From the NCBI GenBank assembly GCA_002633005.1, contig NMRA01000173.1, positions 87,810 through 151,809 on the forward strand: 64,000 nucleotides of DNA, in the 5' to 3' direction. The DNA comes from Phoronis australis. Its lineage: Eukaryota; Animalia; Phoronida. The position numbers and the translations under genes are program-made. Shown piece after piece: positions 1-12,800 of this stretch (positions are counted from its first letter, which is position 1; every line of letters begins with the position of its first letter). The notes below the pieces were generated by a model. That model did not search any database and was not told the origin of the DNA. It worked only from the letters and a program-made list of their open reading frames with translations.

Positions 1-599
1 ACTTGTCAAGCACGCCTTTTGTGTTAATGGTACACAATACTGTGGTTAAAATGTGTGGTGTATTTGCATGAACGCTTTGTGAGAAAGACATTGACTTTGT
101 CATCTTCTGCGATCTTGTTCACTTTCAACCAAATGTCCAATCATCTTGTAAAACGACCACTTCTCCAAAGTCGGGTCAAACCTGGACCGATTGCCCAAAT
201 ATCTGGTCTAGTGAGATCCAGAAGCCATCATGGTGAGTTCCACCAAGTGAGCTCAGACTCGTCGCCAATTTGTGGTGTATTTGCATGAACGATGGCTAGG
301 ATTATTGCCGATAATCCATTAGATAAAAATCATAACATAAGACTTCGTTGATGAACGGAAACGGAACTGTCTATATTGAAGAATAGGTGGTGCTACATAC
401 TCTACAAGCTGGCCAGAGCTTATAGTCACACAACGGAATCAACAGGTGAAAGTTAAATCGAATTTCTCTGAAAGTCATCCGTTTTTCTCCATTCGAAGTT
501 TTTAGGTGAAAGTATTTTATACAAAACACATCTGCTTCAAAACATTTGTTGAAAGTTGCTTGCAAATAGTATTTTTAAATATGAGTTAGCGTTAGGCGC

Positions 600-2060
600 A
601 CTATATAGAACATAATTGCTGGATTACCTGAGCATCAGATGAAAGCAGACAATAAGAGAGTTGGACCATGTAAACATTGGTTTGCCGACTGGCCGATTAG
701 TCATTCAGGATACTCATTCCACTGCGTGACTGTGTAATGTTTTAAACAGGCGGTAAGCTAAATCCGATGGTAGAGCCTGCTGCATCTATATGGATGACAT
801 CTCTTGAACAGAGCACCATCAAATGAAAACTAACGCAAAATACTACAACATTTAGCTTGCTTTTGTATCAAGACTGCATTTCTAGAAACACCTACAGCTT
901 CTTGTCACCCCTGCACATTATTTATCTGGTTGGTGAAGCTGTACTTGTAGCTTACCTTATGAGGTGTAATGGGCAATAGAAGCTGTAGTGCACAAGAGCC
1001 ATGTTAATGTATGCAACACATTGCTGTCTGTTGTTGAATCTTTGGCACTGCCTAATGATGTTCTCACGAGGACTTTTCACTACAGAAATTGGTGATGGAT
1101 AGAAGATGATGAATGTTTCTGACCAACAGTTTGTGTATTATAATGATGGTTCCAAACTTAACAGTGCACAGTCGGGATGAGAAATTTTTACTTTTTTGAC
1201 CTTAGAGATGATGATAAAATAATTATCTGGATATCAGTGGACAATATCGCTACAGTTCTTCAGGTTGAAATTGTCGCCATCCATCAGGCTGATGTAATGG
1301 CTAGAGAGCATTGGGCAATTCTTGGTGACAAGGAGCTCTTTTTCACACGGATAGCCAAGCTGCCATTAAGGCTTCAACCAAGCTAAAGTTGTGTTCAAGC
1401 TTGCATGAATGAGCTCAAGTGCTTGGCAGCCAAACGTACTGTCATGTTAAATTGGTCAAAGCTCATGTTGGCATTGATGTTAATGAAGGTGCTGATTACC
1501 TTGCAAGGCAAAGAGCAAGTACACCATTTTGTACCAGAACTCTGCCTAGCAGTCCTAATACAAGTATTGCAAGGCAAAGGTAAAACATGCATGGAGGATG
1601 GGCTCCACCTGCAGACAAACAAAACTTATTTTTCCAAGTCCTTTTGAGCCCAGAGGTTCCAAAAGACTCGTAGGCAGATGATTCAAGTGATTACTGGGCA
1701 TAACAACTTAGCTCAGTTCTGAAGCATCACATCTTTTCAAACTGCCCTATGCGTGGCTTGAAAGCTGATACTCTTTGACAATTAGTGGAGATATGCCATG
1801 TTGATCAGGGTCTTGGCAGTGGTCTTCTAGATGGTCATGTAACTTGCCTGGTAGACAGGGTCTTGGCAGTGGTCTTCTAGATGGTCATGTAACTTGCCTG
1901 GTAGACATTGTCAGATCATGCAGGTAATAGCCATTCTTTCCTGTTATCAAAGGTCACATTATTTATCTGGTTGGTGAAGCTGTACTTGTAGCTTACCATT
2001 CTTTCCTGTTATCAAAGGTCACATTTGTGCTAACTCCTTAGAAGTAGTTTTCTGTCTCCA
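600..2060 (+). mobile_element. Decayed non-LTR retrotransposon 3' part with RNase H domain
   Basis: Frameshifted RNase H motifs VYYNDGSK (~1133), TVLQVEIVAI (~1251) and W-VKAHVGIDVNEGADYLAR (~1452), then ITGHNNL (~1690). Confidence 0.75.
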
Positions 2061-2764
2061 AAGCTGATGGGAACGCAAACACTTAACTTTACTGTTGAGC
2101 ATTATTAACATGGAAAGTTGATAGCAGCCAACTGTAAGGGGAAGTGCTTATAGTCTCCAGAGAAGGATTATATCAGCTGAAGCTGGATGATTTCGTTGAA
2201 GATGGCAGTGAATTTTAATCTTAGTAAACCAGTTGACTTTATTGGTGAGGGCTCCACGATTCTTTTCATGATTTTTGGGGGGTTAACATTGGCCACGTTC
2301 TCCCCCACCAGTCCTAGCTTTCATAAATTTCATATCACATGGTAGCTGGTAGGCAGTACAGTTCTTAATGGCTCTTAAATTTTGTCTAGATCACTGGAGT
2401 ATGTGCCCACCCCCAATGTACGCAACTTTAAGGCCCTTCATTGTCTATCTGACCACCATAAATAATTTTTCAACTCCTCAAACCACTGGAATTTGTTTGG
2501 GGTGATCAATGTGTATATTCATCCCCTTTGCTGGTCTACTGTACTTGGAGTCAGTGCACCTCCCTTAAGACGTTAATCTTAATCAGTCATGTCCACCTTC
2601 TACTTCTCAAAAGTAAAGTATTCAATTTTAAATGCCCTACTCGACTTAATGTGGTCTCGTTGATTTCTTAGTCACTCTCCTGGTGTTAAAATGCTTGACA
2701 TGCTTGTCGATGACTTGCAATTAATGTTTCTGATTCCAATTTACGGGACTTAACTTAATAGCAA

Positions 2765-2960
2765 AATGTCTATACTGCTAAGTGTACCATCAGCTCCATG
2801 TCGTCTCTTGACAATGTCTATACTGCTAAGTGTACCATCAGCTCCATGTCGTCTCTTGACAATGTCTATACTGCTAAGTGTACCATCAGCTCCATGTCGT
2901 CTCTAGACAATGTCTATACTGCTAAGTTTACCATCTGCTCTATGTCGTCTCTAGACAATG
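2765..2960. repeat. 48-bp tandem repeat, ~4 copies
   Basis: Unit aatgtctatactgctaagtgtaccatcagctccatgtcgtctcttgac. Confidence 0.9.
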
Positions 2961-3888
2961 GACGTGTTCCACCATCGTGGTTCAGCACAAGCTAGGGATG
3001 GCTACTTAGGTCTTAATTCATCATCAAATGACATCCTTGATAACGTACACAGTGCTTAGGGGATTCTCTTCGGGAACGTCACTTAAATACTTACAATTTT
3101 GCTAAACATTCCCATTTCTTTAATCCAGTTTTAACTGGAACTATTTGTATTTCAATTGGACTGCAGTCATTGCTTGAGGTCAAACTGCAGGTATTCAAGA
3201 TTACGTCTGCCTTAGATTCAACAGATATTAGGGCTGCAGCCATATAAGGCTATTTTCTCGACAGTTAGGCAATATCGTTCAAGTCTTTGCATGATATCAC
3301 TAAGCATGATATCACTAAGCATGATATCACTAAGCTTTAGTAGAAAAGAGTGTGATCTCGCTTGCTTTTGCTGGCAGATATCTGAATCCTGTTATGGACT
3401 AGAGCCACTTAACATCCGTTTATGTGTAATCTATATTAAAGCCTTCAGTGTTGGGCTTAGAGTAGTGATCGCAGGTTAGTGCTGCATACTTTGATGATAT
3501 ATTGAGATATTTGTCAGAATGGGATCCCTTGTAACTAAATAATATACCCGGTACTAAGTTTTGTTTTTTGCAACAATCATTTTGGTAGTGTTGTTTTACC
3601 CTGGGAAAAATTGTGATAGCGTCACAATTTTTCTTGACCAGGATGGGACAAAAGTCAGAAAAAACAATTGGCAGATAACATAGTATCCAAAAGTTGGGTT
3701 CATACTTCTAATCTCGGTTGAGTTTTCCAACTAGAAACTTAAAAGCTCACTGGATGCTGATAAAGGCAGAGTCTATGGGAATGTGTCTGCAGAAAGAGTG
3801 CTAGTGGACACTTTGAGTGTATATGTAATGCAACCAGTCTGAATGTCTGGTCAATCAGTTGATTAAGCTTACAGTTGTCCATTTCCAG

Positions 3889-6800
3889 TATTGGTTTGGA
3901 GATAGCACGGAGACTTGGTCAAGATGGAGCTCATGTTGTGATCAGTAGTCGGAAGCAAGCCAATGTAGACAGAGCTGTGAGTGATCTACAGGCCAACAAC
4001 CTTAGTGTGATGGGCTTAGTCTGCCATGTGGCCAAGGATGAACACAGGAAACAATTGATTGAGCAGGTGGATATTTGATTTACATTTTAGTGTTTAATTA
4101 ATTGAGATTGAATGGCAAATGGATTTCAAGTTGGATAATACTTTGGAGTTGAGTTTTGCTTGTTTCGTTAATCTAAATATGGACAACTTCATTTTTGTGT
4201 TTCAGTTTTTGGACTGTCGAGGATTTTCTGTAGTGTAAAATGGCTTAGTGGATTACTGAAGTTGTTAATTCACCTTGGTTTATGTACTTGTTGCATCACT
4301 TTTTTCACACCAGAATGTTCATGCTTAGTAAGTGCTGAATTTGTTATTTTTCTGTACTTTCAGACTATAAATAAATTTGGTGGTGTTGACATCTTAGTGT
4401 CTAATGCTGCAGTCAACCCCAGTTTTGGACCCATTCTTGATGTAAGTTGAAACAACTGACTTTATGTATTAAAAGTAACATATCAGAAAGGTGTTAGTAT
4501 TTTATTATTTTTCGCTTTAAACCACCAACATTGCAGCACTGTGCATTTATATATTTTTATTAATAACAATGCTTTATTTCAGAACATTTGTACTTGGAAC
4601 TGTCATCAAGTGATGCGTTGTTAGAGCATTTCAGTTGTTATGTTTATGACTGAGTTACGACAATTTGGCAGTTACTTTGTTTGTGTGAAATTAAATGTAA
4701 ATTAAATGTAAATTAAATGAATGTTTGTCAGATTTGTGGAACTAGCATGGGTGTAACGATGTTTAGTGAAATTTTTTCCATGAGACAACTCCAATGTTAA
4801 TATCTGGAATTTTTTTACTCCACCGCCTAAGCAAGCCTTGAGCCAGACTAACCAGTCCAAATATATTCACAAATTAATGCTCTTGGCTTAGCCGCGATCC
4901 TGATTTTTCTTAGTGCATTTATTTAATAATTTAAAGACAGCTTGTACTTAATGATTTATAGACAGTTAGTACTTAATGATTTATAGACAGTTAAAACTTA
5001 CTTTTCAATTTTAAAAGCAGTCATGTTGGTCATTTGGCTTTCTTGTTTCTTTTTTGTTTTTTTTTTTTTGATTTGAAACTCATACAGCCAAGCCCATGAA
5101 TAGCACTAGTTCATTTCAATCTGTGGCAGCGCTATCAAGCCTTTGATGTGCCGAGGAATTCACTGGCTTCTCTGTGGTAAACAGTGCCTGTTTTCTTGTC
5201 CACTTGCTTACTTACTTACTGCCTATAAATTCTGCCAGCATAAAATTTGCCTTATGTAAGCTCACTATCTCATGATAAAAGCTGAATACAATGAAATAGA
5301 TGAACCTCTCTGCACTTCAAACATAAATTCTGAATATATATGCTATTAAATGTACATTGAATGTATTCATTCCATTCTATTTATTTCAGACAACCAAGGA
5401 GATTTGGAATAAGGTAATAAGTCTTGGATTCTCACGGTAAAAAACCCACGAAGTTATAATCATATATCATGACAGCGTTTTTCCGTTCAGTGACTTTACC
5501 AGACGTAGGGGGTTGTGAGCGTGTGATAACATCTAGCTTCTTTGTTAACTGCCAAGCACACTCTTTTGTCTGCTATGGCAACAAGCAGGCCAATTATCTA
5601 CCAGGCTTATTACAGACCACATGTGAACACAGTCAAACTCAGAGTGAATTGGTGTATTCGGGAAGAATAGATTGTCGTAACTGCGGTTGCAGTTGGGCGA
5701 TTTTGGCGATTCAAAAACTAAACATGATCACCATTTGATGAAGATTTCAGAAATGCTATGTTATAACTTAACTTTTATTTTTAACAGCACAGTCCAGTCA
5801 GGGTAGATATGATCTTATTGGAGATTATAGCAATTACCGAACAAAAGAGAGCTGGCCCTCCATCCACAAATGCCAGAATGGAGTTAATCAGTCGTGTAAG
5901 ATATTGGCTACAGGGGTAAACTTCCCAACTTGTTGTTGGGCTATAGAATCGAACAAGTTGGGAGCAACGGGTAAACGCCGTAATGAAGTTAGTTAGGACA
6001 ATGATATATGGCAAATGCTGGCAGTCTCCTGCCTTGTGACGTCAATTTGACTTCATGTGAAATTCCAGCATGTGTCGAATGTCAACGTCATGACTTTGAA
6101 CCCCTACTTTTCAAATCGTAGATGAATCCCTGCTTGTTAAAGCTGAAGTCTATTACTTTATTATAAGTTGAATAAAACTTACAATTTATATTGTAGATAA
6201 TGGAAGTGAACGTAACTGCTTCTTTTCTGTTGTGCAAGGAAGTTGTCCCACATATGGAGAAAAGAGGGTATTATGTCTTTGTTAAGTTAAACACAACATT
6301 ACGCGAGCCTGGTACTTCTGTCCTCATAGCAGCTAACTTCCATTGTGAGGTGATGTTGACTGGAATGTCCGTTTTCATTCATGTCACCTGCAGTTCTGGT
6401 GTCACTATTCGTGATCTGACCCATTACATGCCGCAGAAATCATAAACTCCTGACTACACATAGTGAGCAGACGATGATGGTCATCAAACCAGATAAAAAC
6501 ATGTCAATCTTTTGCTGAATTACTGTTTGCTGTGATTTTATTGTGCGCCCATATATTTACATGTGGGTGCATATTGCTGTCATCTCTGTCGAGGCATCCG
6601 GCGTCCCCAGGTGTATCTCCTAAACACTCACAGCATCTTAATGAAATTTGGCAAATGTGTTCCTATGAAGCTGACAACAGATGTTGACGAATTTCAGACA
6701 AATACGAATACCGGTGTGCCCTCTAGTGGCAATTTTATTTTTTACGTTTGGCTCTGTATCGTCAAGGGTCCTCAATAGGTTTTCATAAATTTTGGCACTT

Positions 6801-9800
6801 GGTTATGCTCCATTTTGGGATAGATTTAGGGGATTATGCGCCATTTTTACTGTTTTCGAGTCTGCTTTTGGCATCCACCTATCTATCAACCAAACCACTC
6901 TAAGGGTGATTGTGAAAATTGGCATATTTATTGTGTTCTTAGTGTGAAAAGGATGGTCGACAATGATTTTCCTACGACTTTGACTACTGTGGCGCCTCTT
7001 AGTGGCAGTTTTCTTGAGCCCATAGCTGTATCTCTGAAACCCACAGCAGGATCTTTATTAAATTTAGCAAGACTGTGTTTTTATATGACTTTCAGATGGA
7101 TCCAATGAACACTCTGACCCTAAGTGGCAATTTTTTTTTTCGTTTTCCTTTGTTTCTCTGAAGTTCCTTGTGGATTTTTATGAAATTTTGCAGATAGCTT
7201 TCTATTAAAGAAACAATGACTTGTTAGCGTTTTCGGATGGATTTGACGAATTTTGCGCCATCTAGTGGTCATTTTTTACTGTTTTCTAGTCTGTTTTTTA
7301 CGTCTACCCCTCTATCAACTAAACCACTCTAAGGATGAAAACTGGCATTTATCTTTCCACTGTGGAGAGGATGGCTGATGGTGTTTGGACCACTCGGACT
7401 ACCTTGGTGCCTCACAGTGGCAGTGGTTAGCATCTATGGCTGTATCTCCCAAACACTCTTTATTTTAACAATTTTTTACTATGTTTTTGACATCACCCTC
7501 TCCATCCACTGAACTGATTGAAGGATCATTTTAAAATTTGAAGATGTGTTCTAGATGAGAAGACCGAGGCAAATTTGGCTTTTGGATTTGTTTGACTACC
7601 CTGGCCCCCCTTTGTGGCAATTTTACTTTTTGTGTCCACGGCTATACCTCTTTACCTGTTGCAAGATCTTCCTGAATTTAGCAGATGTGTTGCTTTGGGG
7701 ATGATCACTGATGACGGCCAGTTTGTGACCAATCTAATTGCAGGTGTGCTAGCTAGTGGCAATTTATTTTTTATTGTTGCCTCTGTAACTCTGTTCCTTG
7801 ATGCTTTTTCATGAAATTGGGCAAAAAAATTTACATTATGAAAACCACAGAATCTTTTCTTTTTGCAATGTATTTGACGTATTCTGCACCAACCAGTGGC
7901 CATTTTAATTATTTTTATTTAGTTTTTTGTCTTCTGCTTCTGTATCTACCAAGCCACGCAGAGGATCATTATGAAACTTGGCAAATATGTTCCTACTGAC
8001 AAGAGCATAACTGACGTGGATTTTCAAACTGGTCCGACTACTGTAGTGCACCCTAATGACATTTTTTCACATCAAAGGCTGTATATCCTATGGATGGATT
8101 CAACTACTGCTATGTTTCCTATGGCAGTTTGTTTTTTTATGATTGCATTTGTATCTGTAGAGTTCTTTGACAAATTTTCATAAAATTTGACAAATAATTG
8201 GATGGTTTTAATATATTCTGAGCCATTTAATTGCCATTTTTATGATACAAATAAAGTTTGTAATTTTTTAGATTTCTGCGTTTCTTGATAATCTTAGATT
8301 TATTGTCTGAAATAAGTCACAATGTTTTATTTAATGGATGAAATTTTTATTAGCAAATTAGTTAAAATGCTGTATTCTGTGTCTAGATATAAAGCTCATC
8401 CAGTTTTGGTGTTTAGGAATTTTTAGTACAGTCAAGTTTTGCATGCAAACTTAATATTAGCTGAGCAAATTTTAGATTATTGTTACTTTTATCAGTATGT
8501 AAACTGTAGAACACATCCTGTTAAAAAGTGTACAAAATCATTCATTGAGAAATAGAGTGCTCTTGTGAGAAGCGCAAGATTGTGCAAGGCCATACAAAAT
8601 AATGCTGAAGGCTTTACTACCACAGCATTGAAAAATAGCAGCAACTGAAGTTATTGGTCATTGAGGTTGGGGTGTTGAGTTGTTAGAGAGAATTTAAGAA
8701 CTATGGGACAGAATATATTGTTTCTTTTTCATACTGAAGATTTCTTGCTATAAGTGTCATTTGGCTTTAATATCTTGAGTCAATGGAACTTAGCCATGGT
8801 CAATATTGTCAAACCAGTAGTTACACAAATGAAGTGCAGCATTGTTTTACTGGTCATTACACTTGCACTAGTCATCACTTAAAATATTTTTTAAGATGTT
8901 TATTTTGAAGTGTTTCAAGGATTAAACTTTTCATTTTAGCGAACTGTCAAGTGTTTTAATCTTATCTATTCTAGTGGAGGCTCTGTGATGTTTGTGACCT
9001 CTATTGGTGGATATGTACCATTTGAAGTGAGTTATCTCTTTCTTAGATGTCTTAACCATTTAACAAGTCTGACAGCTTTTCCTTTAAACTTTTTTTCCTT
9101 TCACGTCTTTTCACTAACTTAAGCATCTGGATCTTGTAGTGTTGTCGTATGATGGATCCCATTCTTGCACAGACATTGCATTCTCTGGAGTACAAATATG
9201 CATATAAGAATTAGATGCAATAGGATTCACTTTTGTGTTGTCACAATGTTAAAGAGTTGTATGCAGATTAATCTAGGTGTAGAGAATCTATGGCTTACAC
9301 TGGTCACTCCTAACATTTCCTTTGCCCTCAAACAACTTTTGTATTGCCTATTCAGCCCGCCCTTTGTATTCAGCTATTGAAACAGAAAGATAATGGCTAG
9401 CACTACTTTCTCATTAGTGGTGGTTGTTATTACACTGAAATTGGTTTTCTCTGACATTTGCATAGAGTTACATCCTGAAGTGCCGAAAGTAATGGTGACA
9501 TTTTAGATATTACAAAGAACTGAAAATAGCAACTTTTTGGGCTCATCTTGACAAGACTATTTGCCAAACAGTCATTGGTTTTAAATATATTTCATACTGT
9601 TATAGTAATTTTATATTTACTACTCCAGTCTACTTTTTGTTTCCTGCCGAGTTGCTTTCTTTTGATTTTATGTTTACGATCTACAGGAAACTAGGTGCCA
9701 AGCAGGTCGCCTAGAGATCAGTAGATTGGCATATCCTTTGTTCACTTTTTATAATAAAGATAATGGCAAGCATTTATTGTTAATCGGTTGGTGTGCACCG

Positions 9801-12800
9801 AAGGTACAATATCCATGGGGCCTGTAGTGTTATATCCAACAAAGAAGCAACAAAGGAAAACAATGGTGGTGTCCTGTAGGTGATAATTAATCATGCGACA
9901 CACTTATGGCTGTCACATGGATGTCACAAGTTACACAATACATTGCAAGCTTCATACATTATGGCATGGATTGTGTAAACCTTTCATACTTTACACAATC
10001 CATGCCAAACAGTGTCAAAACAATGGCAAACAGGGATCGTCAGTGAAACACAGAAAATCCGCTCTCGCCCACCGACCCACCTTGTTTATTGCTTGGATTT
10101 CTTATTGACTTTGAAGCTAACCTTAGTTAATCTTCAGGACACGTGCTTCATTGCCAGATATCACAGTTTTCTACTTAGCGTGCTACTCTTCAAATTAAGT
10201 TACTCGACTGGGCGAGCGCTGTTTTTTATAAGCTATTGGCATCTAATTGGTGACCATGTGTTGTTTCTACTTGTCGTAATGGTTGTATACTTAAAGAATA
10301 AACCATGTGGTATTGATAATTATGATCAGTGTTTGTAATTCCTCCTAATGTATCAATACGCACGGTCGTTATCTTCAATCCATAATCAGTGTTTGTAGTT
10401 TTTTTTAAAATAGAAAATCACACTGTTGTTTTTTCCAGCTGAATACTGACGTAATATTTATTTTTAACAGAAATTAGTATATGCATTGTGAAAATTCACC
10501 AGTATGTACAGACAGAGATGTTTACCACAGTTTGTGGTCGGGTAATTACACTTAATTGGATCTTGCTCACACAGGACAATGCCATCATCACCACTGTGTC
10601 TGACTCTGGTGCTGCGCTTTCTTTGATCCAGGAGGAAGCTACTCAGAAGAAGGTTGAATGAGCAGCGCTGAAAATTCCCGCATATCTTTAGAAGTGCATG
10701 TTTTCTTATAAGTGAATTATTCACGGCATGGAAGCTTTACTTAAGTTGCAGTAGCTATGAAGGGCACATGCATAACTTTGCTGCATCCTTTTAAATCAAA
10801 CTATACAAAAGTAGTGATTTTATGTGCTTTAACATGTATATATAATGTTTCAGCTTCTTGGGCCCTACTCAGTCAGTAAAACTGCTCTGCTTGGTCTAGT
10901 GAAGGCTATAGCACCACCGTGTGCAGAGAAGAACATTCGAGTGAACGGCATTGCACCAGGTGTAATACAGACCAAGTTCAGTGAAGCAGTAAGTTTTGTT
11001 TAATCACAGATAACATTGTAGTTAGAACTAGTATTAGACATTCAGCACTACTCAAGGTTTTTCCTATTATTAACCATAGTTTTCATCATTCACATTTTTT
11101 TAGCTCTGGAAGAATGAAGCTGCTGCTGACCAAGGCCTTAAGACAATACCGATGGGGAGGTAAACCTTTCTGTGTACTCTTTGTTCTTGTTAATAGTAAC
11201 TTAAGACAATACCGATGGGGAGGTAAACCTTTCTGTGTACTCTTTGTTCTTGTTAATAGTAACTTAAGACAATACCGATGGGGAGGTAAACCTTTCTCTG
11301 TACTCTTTGTTCTTGTTAATAGTAACTTAAGACAATACCGATGGGGAGGTAAACCTTTCTCTGTACTCTTTGTTCTTGTTAATAGTAACTTAAGACAATA
11401 CCGATGGGGAGGTAAACCTTTCTCTGTACTCTTTGTTCTTGTTAATAGTAACTTAAGACAATACCGATGGGGAGGTAAACCTTTCTCTGTACTCTTTGTT
11501 CTTGTTAATAGTAACTTAAGACAATACCGATGGGGAGGTAAACCTTTCTCTGTACTCTTTGTTCTTGTTAATAGTAACTTAAGACAATACCGATGGGGAG
11601 GTAAACCTTTCTCTGTACTCTTTGTTCTTGTTAATAGTAACTTAAGACAATACCGATGGGGAGGTAAACCTTTCTCTGTACTCTTTGTTCTTGTTAATAG
11701 TAACTTAAGACAATACCGATGGGGAGGTAAACCTTTCTCTGTACTCTTTGTTCTTGTTAATAGTAACTTAAGACAATACCGATGGGGAGGTAAACCTTTC
11801 TCTGTACTCTTTGTTCTTGTTAATAGTAACTTAAGACAATACCGATGGGGAGGTAAACCTTTCTCTGTACTCTTTGTTCTTGTTAATAGTAACTTAAGAC
11901 AATACCGATGGGGAGGTAAACCTTTCTCTGTACTCTTTGTTCTTGTTAATAGTAACTTAAGACAATACCGATGGGGAGGTAAACCTTTCTCTGTACTCTT
12001 TGTTCTTGTTAATAGTAACTTAAGACAATACCGATGGGGAGGTAAACCTTTCTCTGTACTCTTTGTTCTTGTTAATAGTAACTTAAGACAATACCGATGG
12101 GGAGGTAAACCTTTCTCTGTACTCTTTGTTCTTGTTAATAGTAACTTAAGACAATACCGATGGGGAGGTAAACCTTTCTCTGTACTCTTTGTTCTTGTTA
12201 ATAGTAACTTAAGACAATACCGATGGGGAGGTAAACCTTTCTCTGTACTCTTTGTTCTTGTTAATAGTAACTTAAGACAATACCGATGGGGAGGTAAACC
12301 TTTCTCTGTACTCTTTGTTCTTGTTAATAGTAACTTAAGACAATACCGATGGGGAGGTAAACCTTTCTCTGTACTCTTTGTTCTTGTTAATAGTANTAAA
12401 AAGGATACAAGAAGACTTAAGGGCAGCAAAAAGGTTAAAAATAGACAACATTGTCAAATGAAAAATTTAGTTTTCAAACAAGGTTATTTGGTTCAGTTTT
12501 GGCAAATGAACAAGTTAGTTGCGATGAACAGACAGATTACTTGTCAAACGAACTTGTCAGTTCTAACAAGTAGACACGTATTATCGAATGAACATGTTGA
12601 TACTCCCAAACAGACGTAGTAATCGAACAGACAGAACTGTACTGAGGGCATTGTCGCAACTCAAGAAACAGTTGACGTCACGAAGTAATCAAATATCATG
12701 AGCCCCGTAATGAGCACAAAAATTCCACAAAGTTCTTTTTGGTTGGTCTGCAGCAAAGAATTTCCTTTGTAGGACTGCTCTTAATTTGTCACCGACCATT

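Noticed and set aside
2100-3480. Second decayed LINE on the - strand (DVPEENPLS resembling GVPQGSPLS)
   Set aside because: A single weak motif, not enough to call without a profile search.
1-3888. DHRS4 first coding exon (TASTxGIG cofactor motif)
   Set aside because: No matching exon found. It probably lies upstream of the window.
11086-12619. 447-aa and 501-aa ORFs on opposite strands
   Set aside because: Products of a 63-bp (multiple of 3) intronic tandem repeat. The real DHRS4 frame is different and stops right after the donor.
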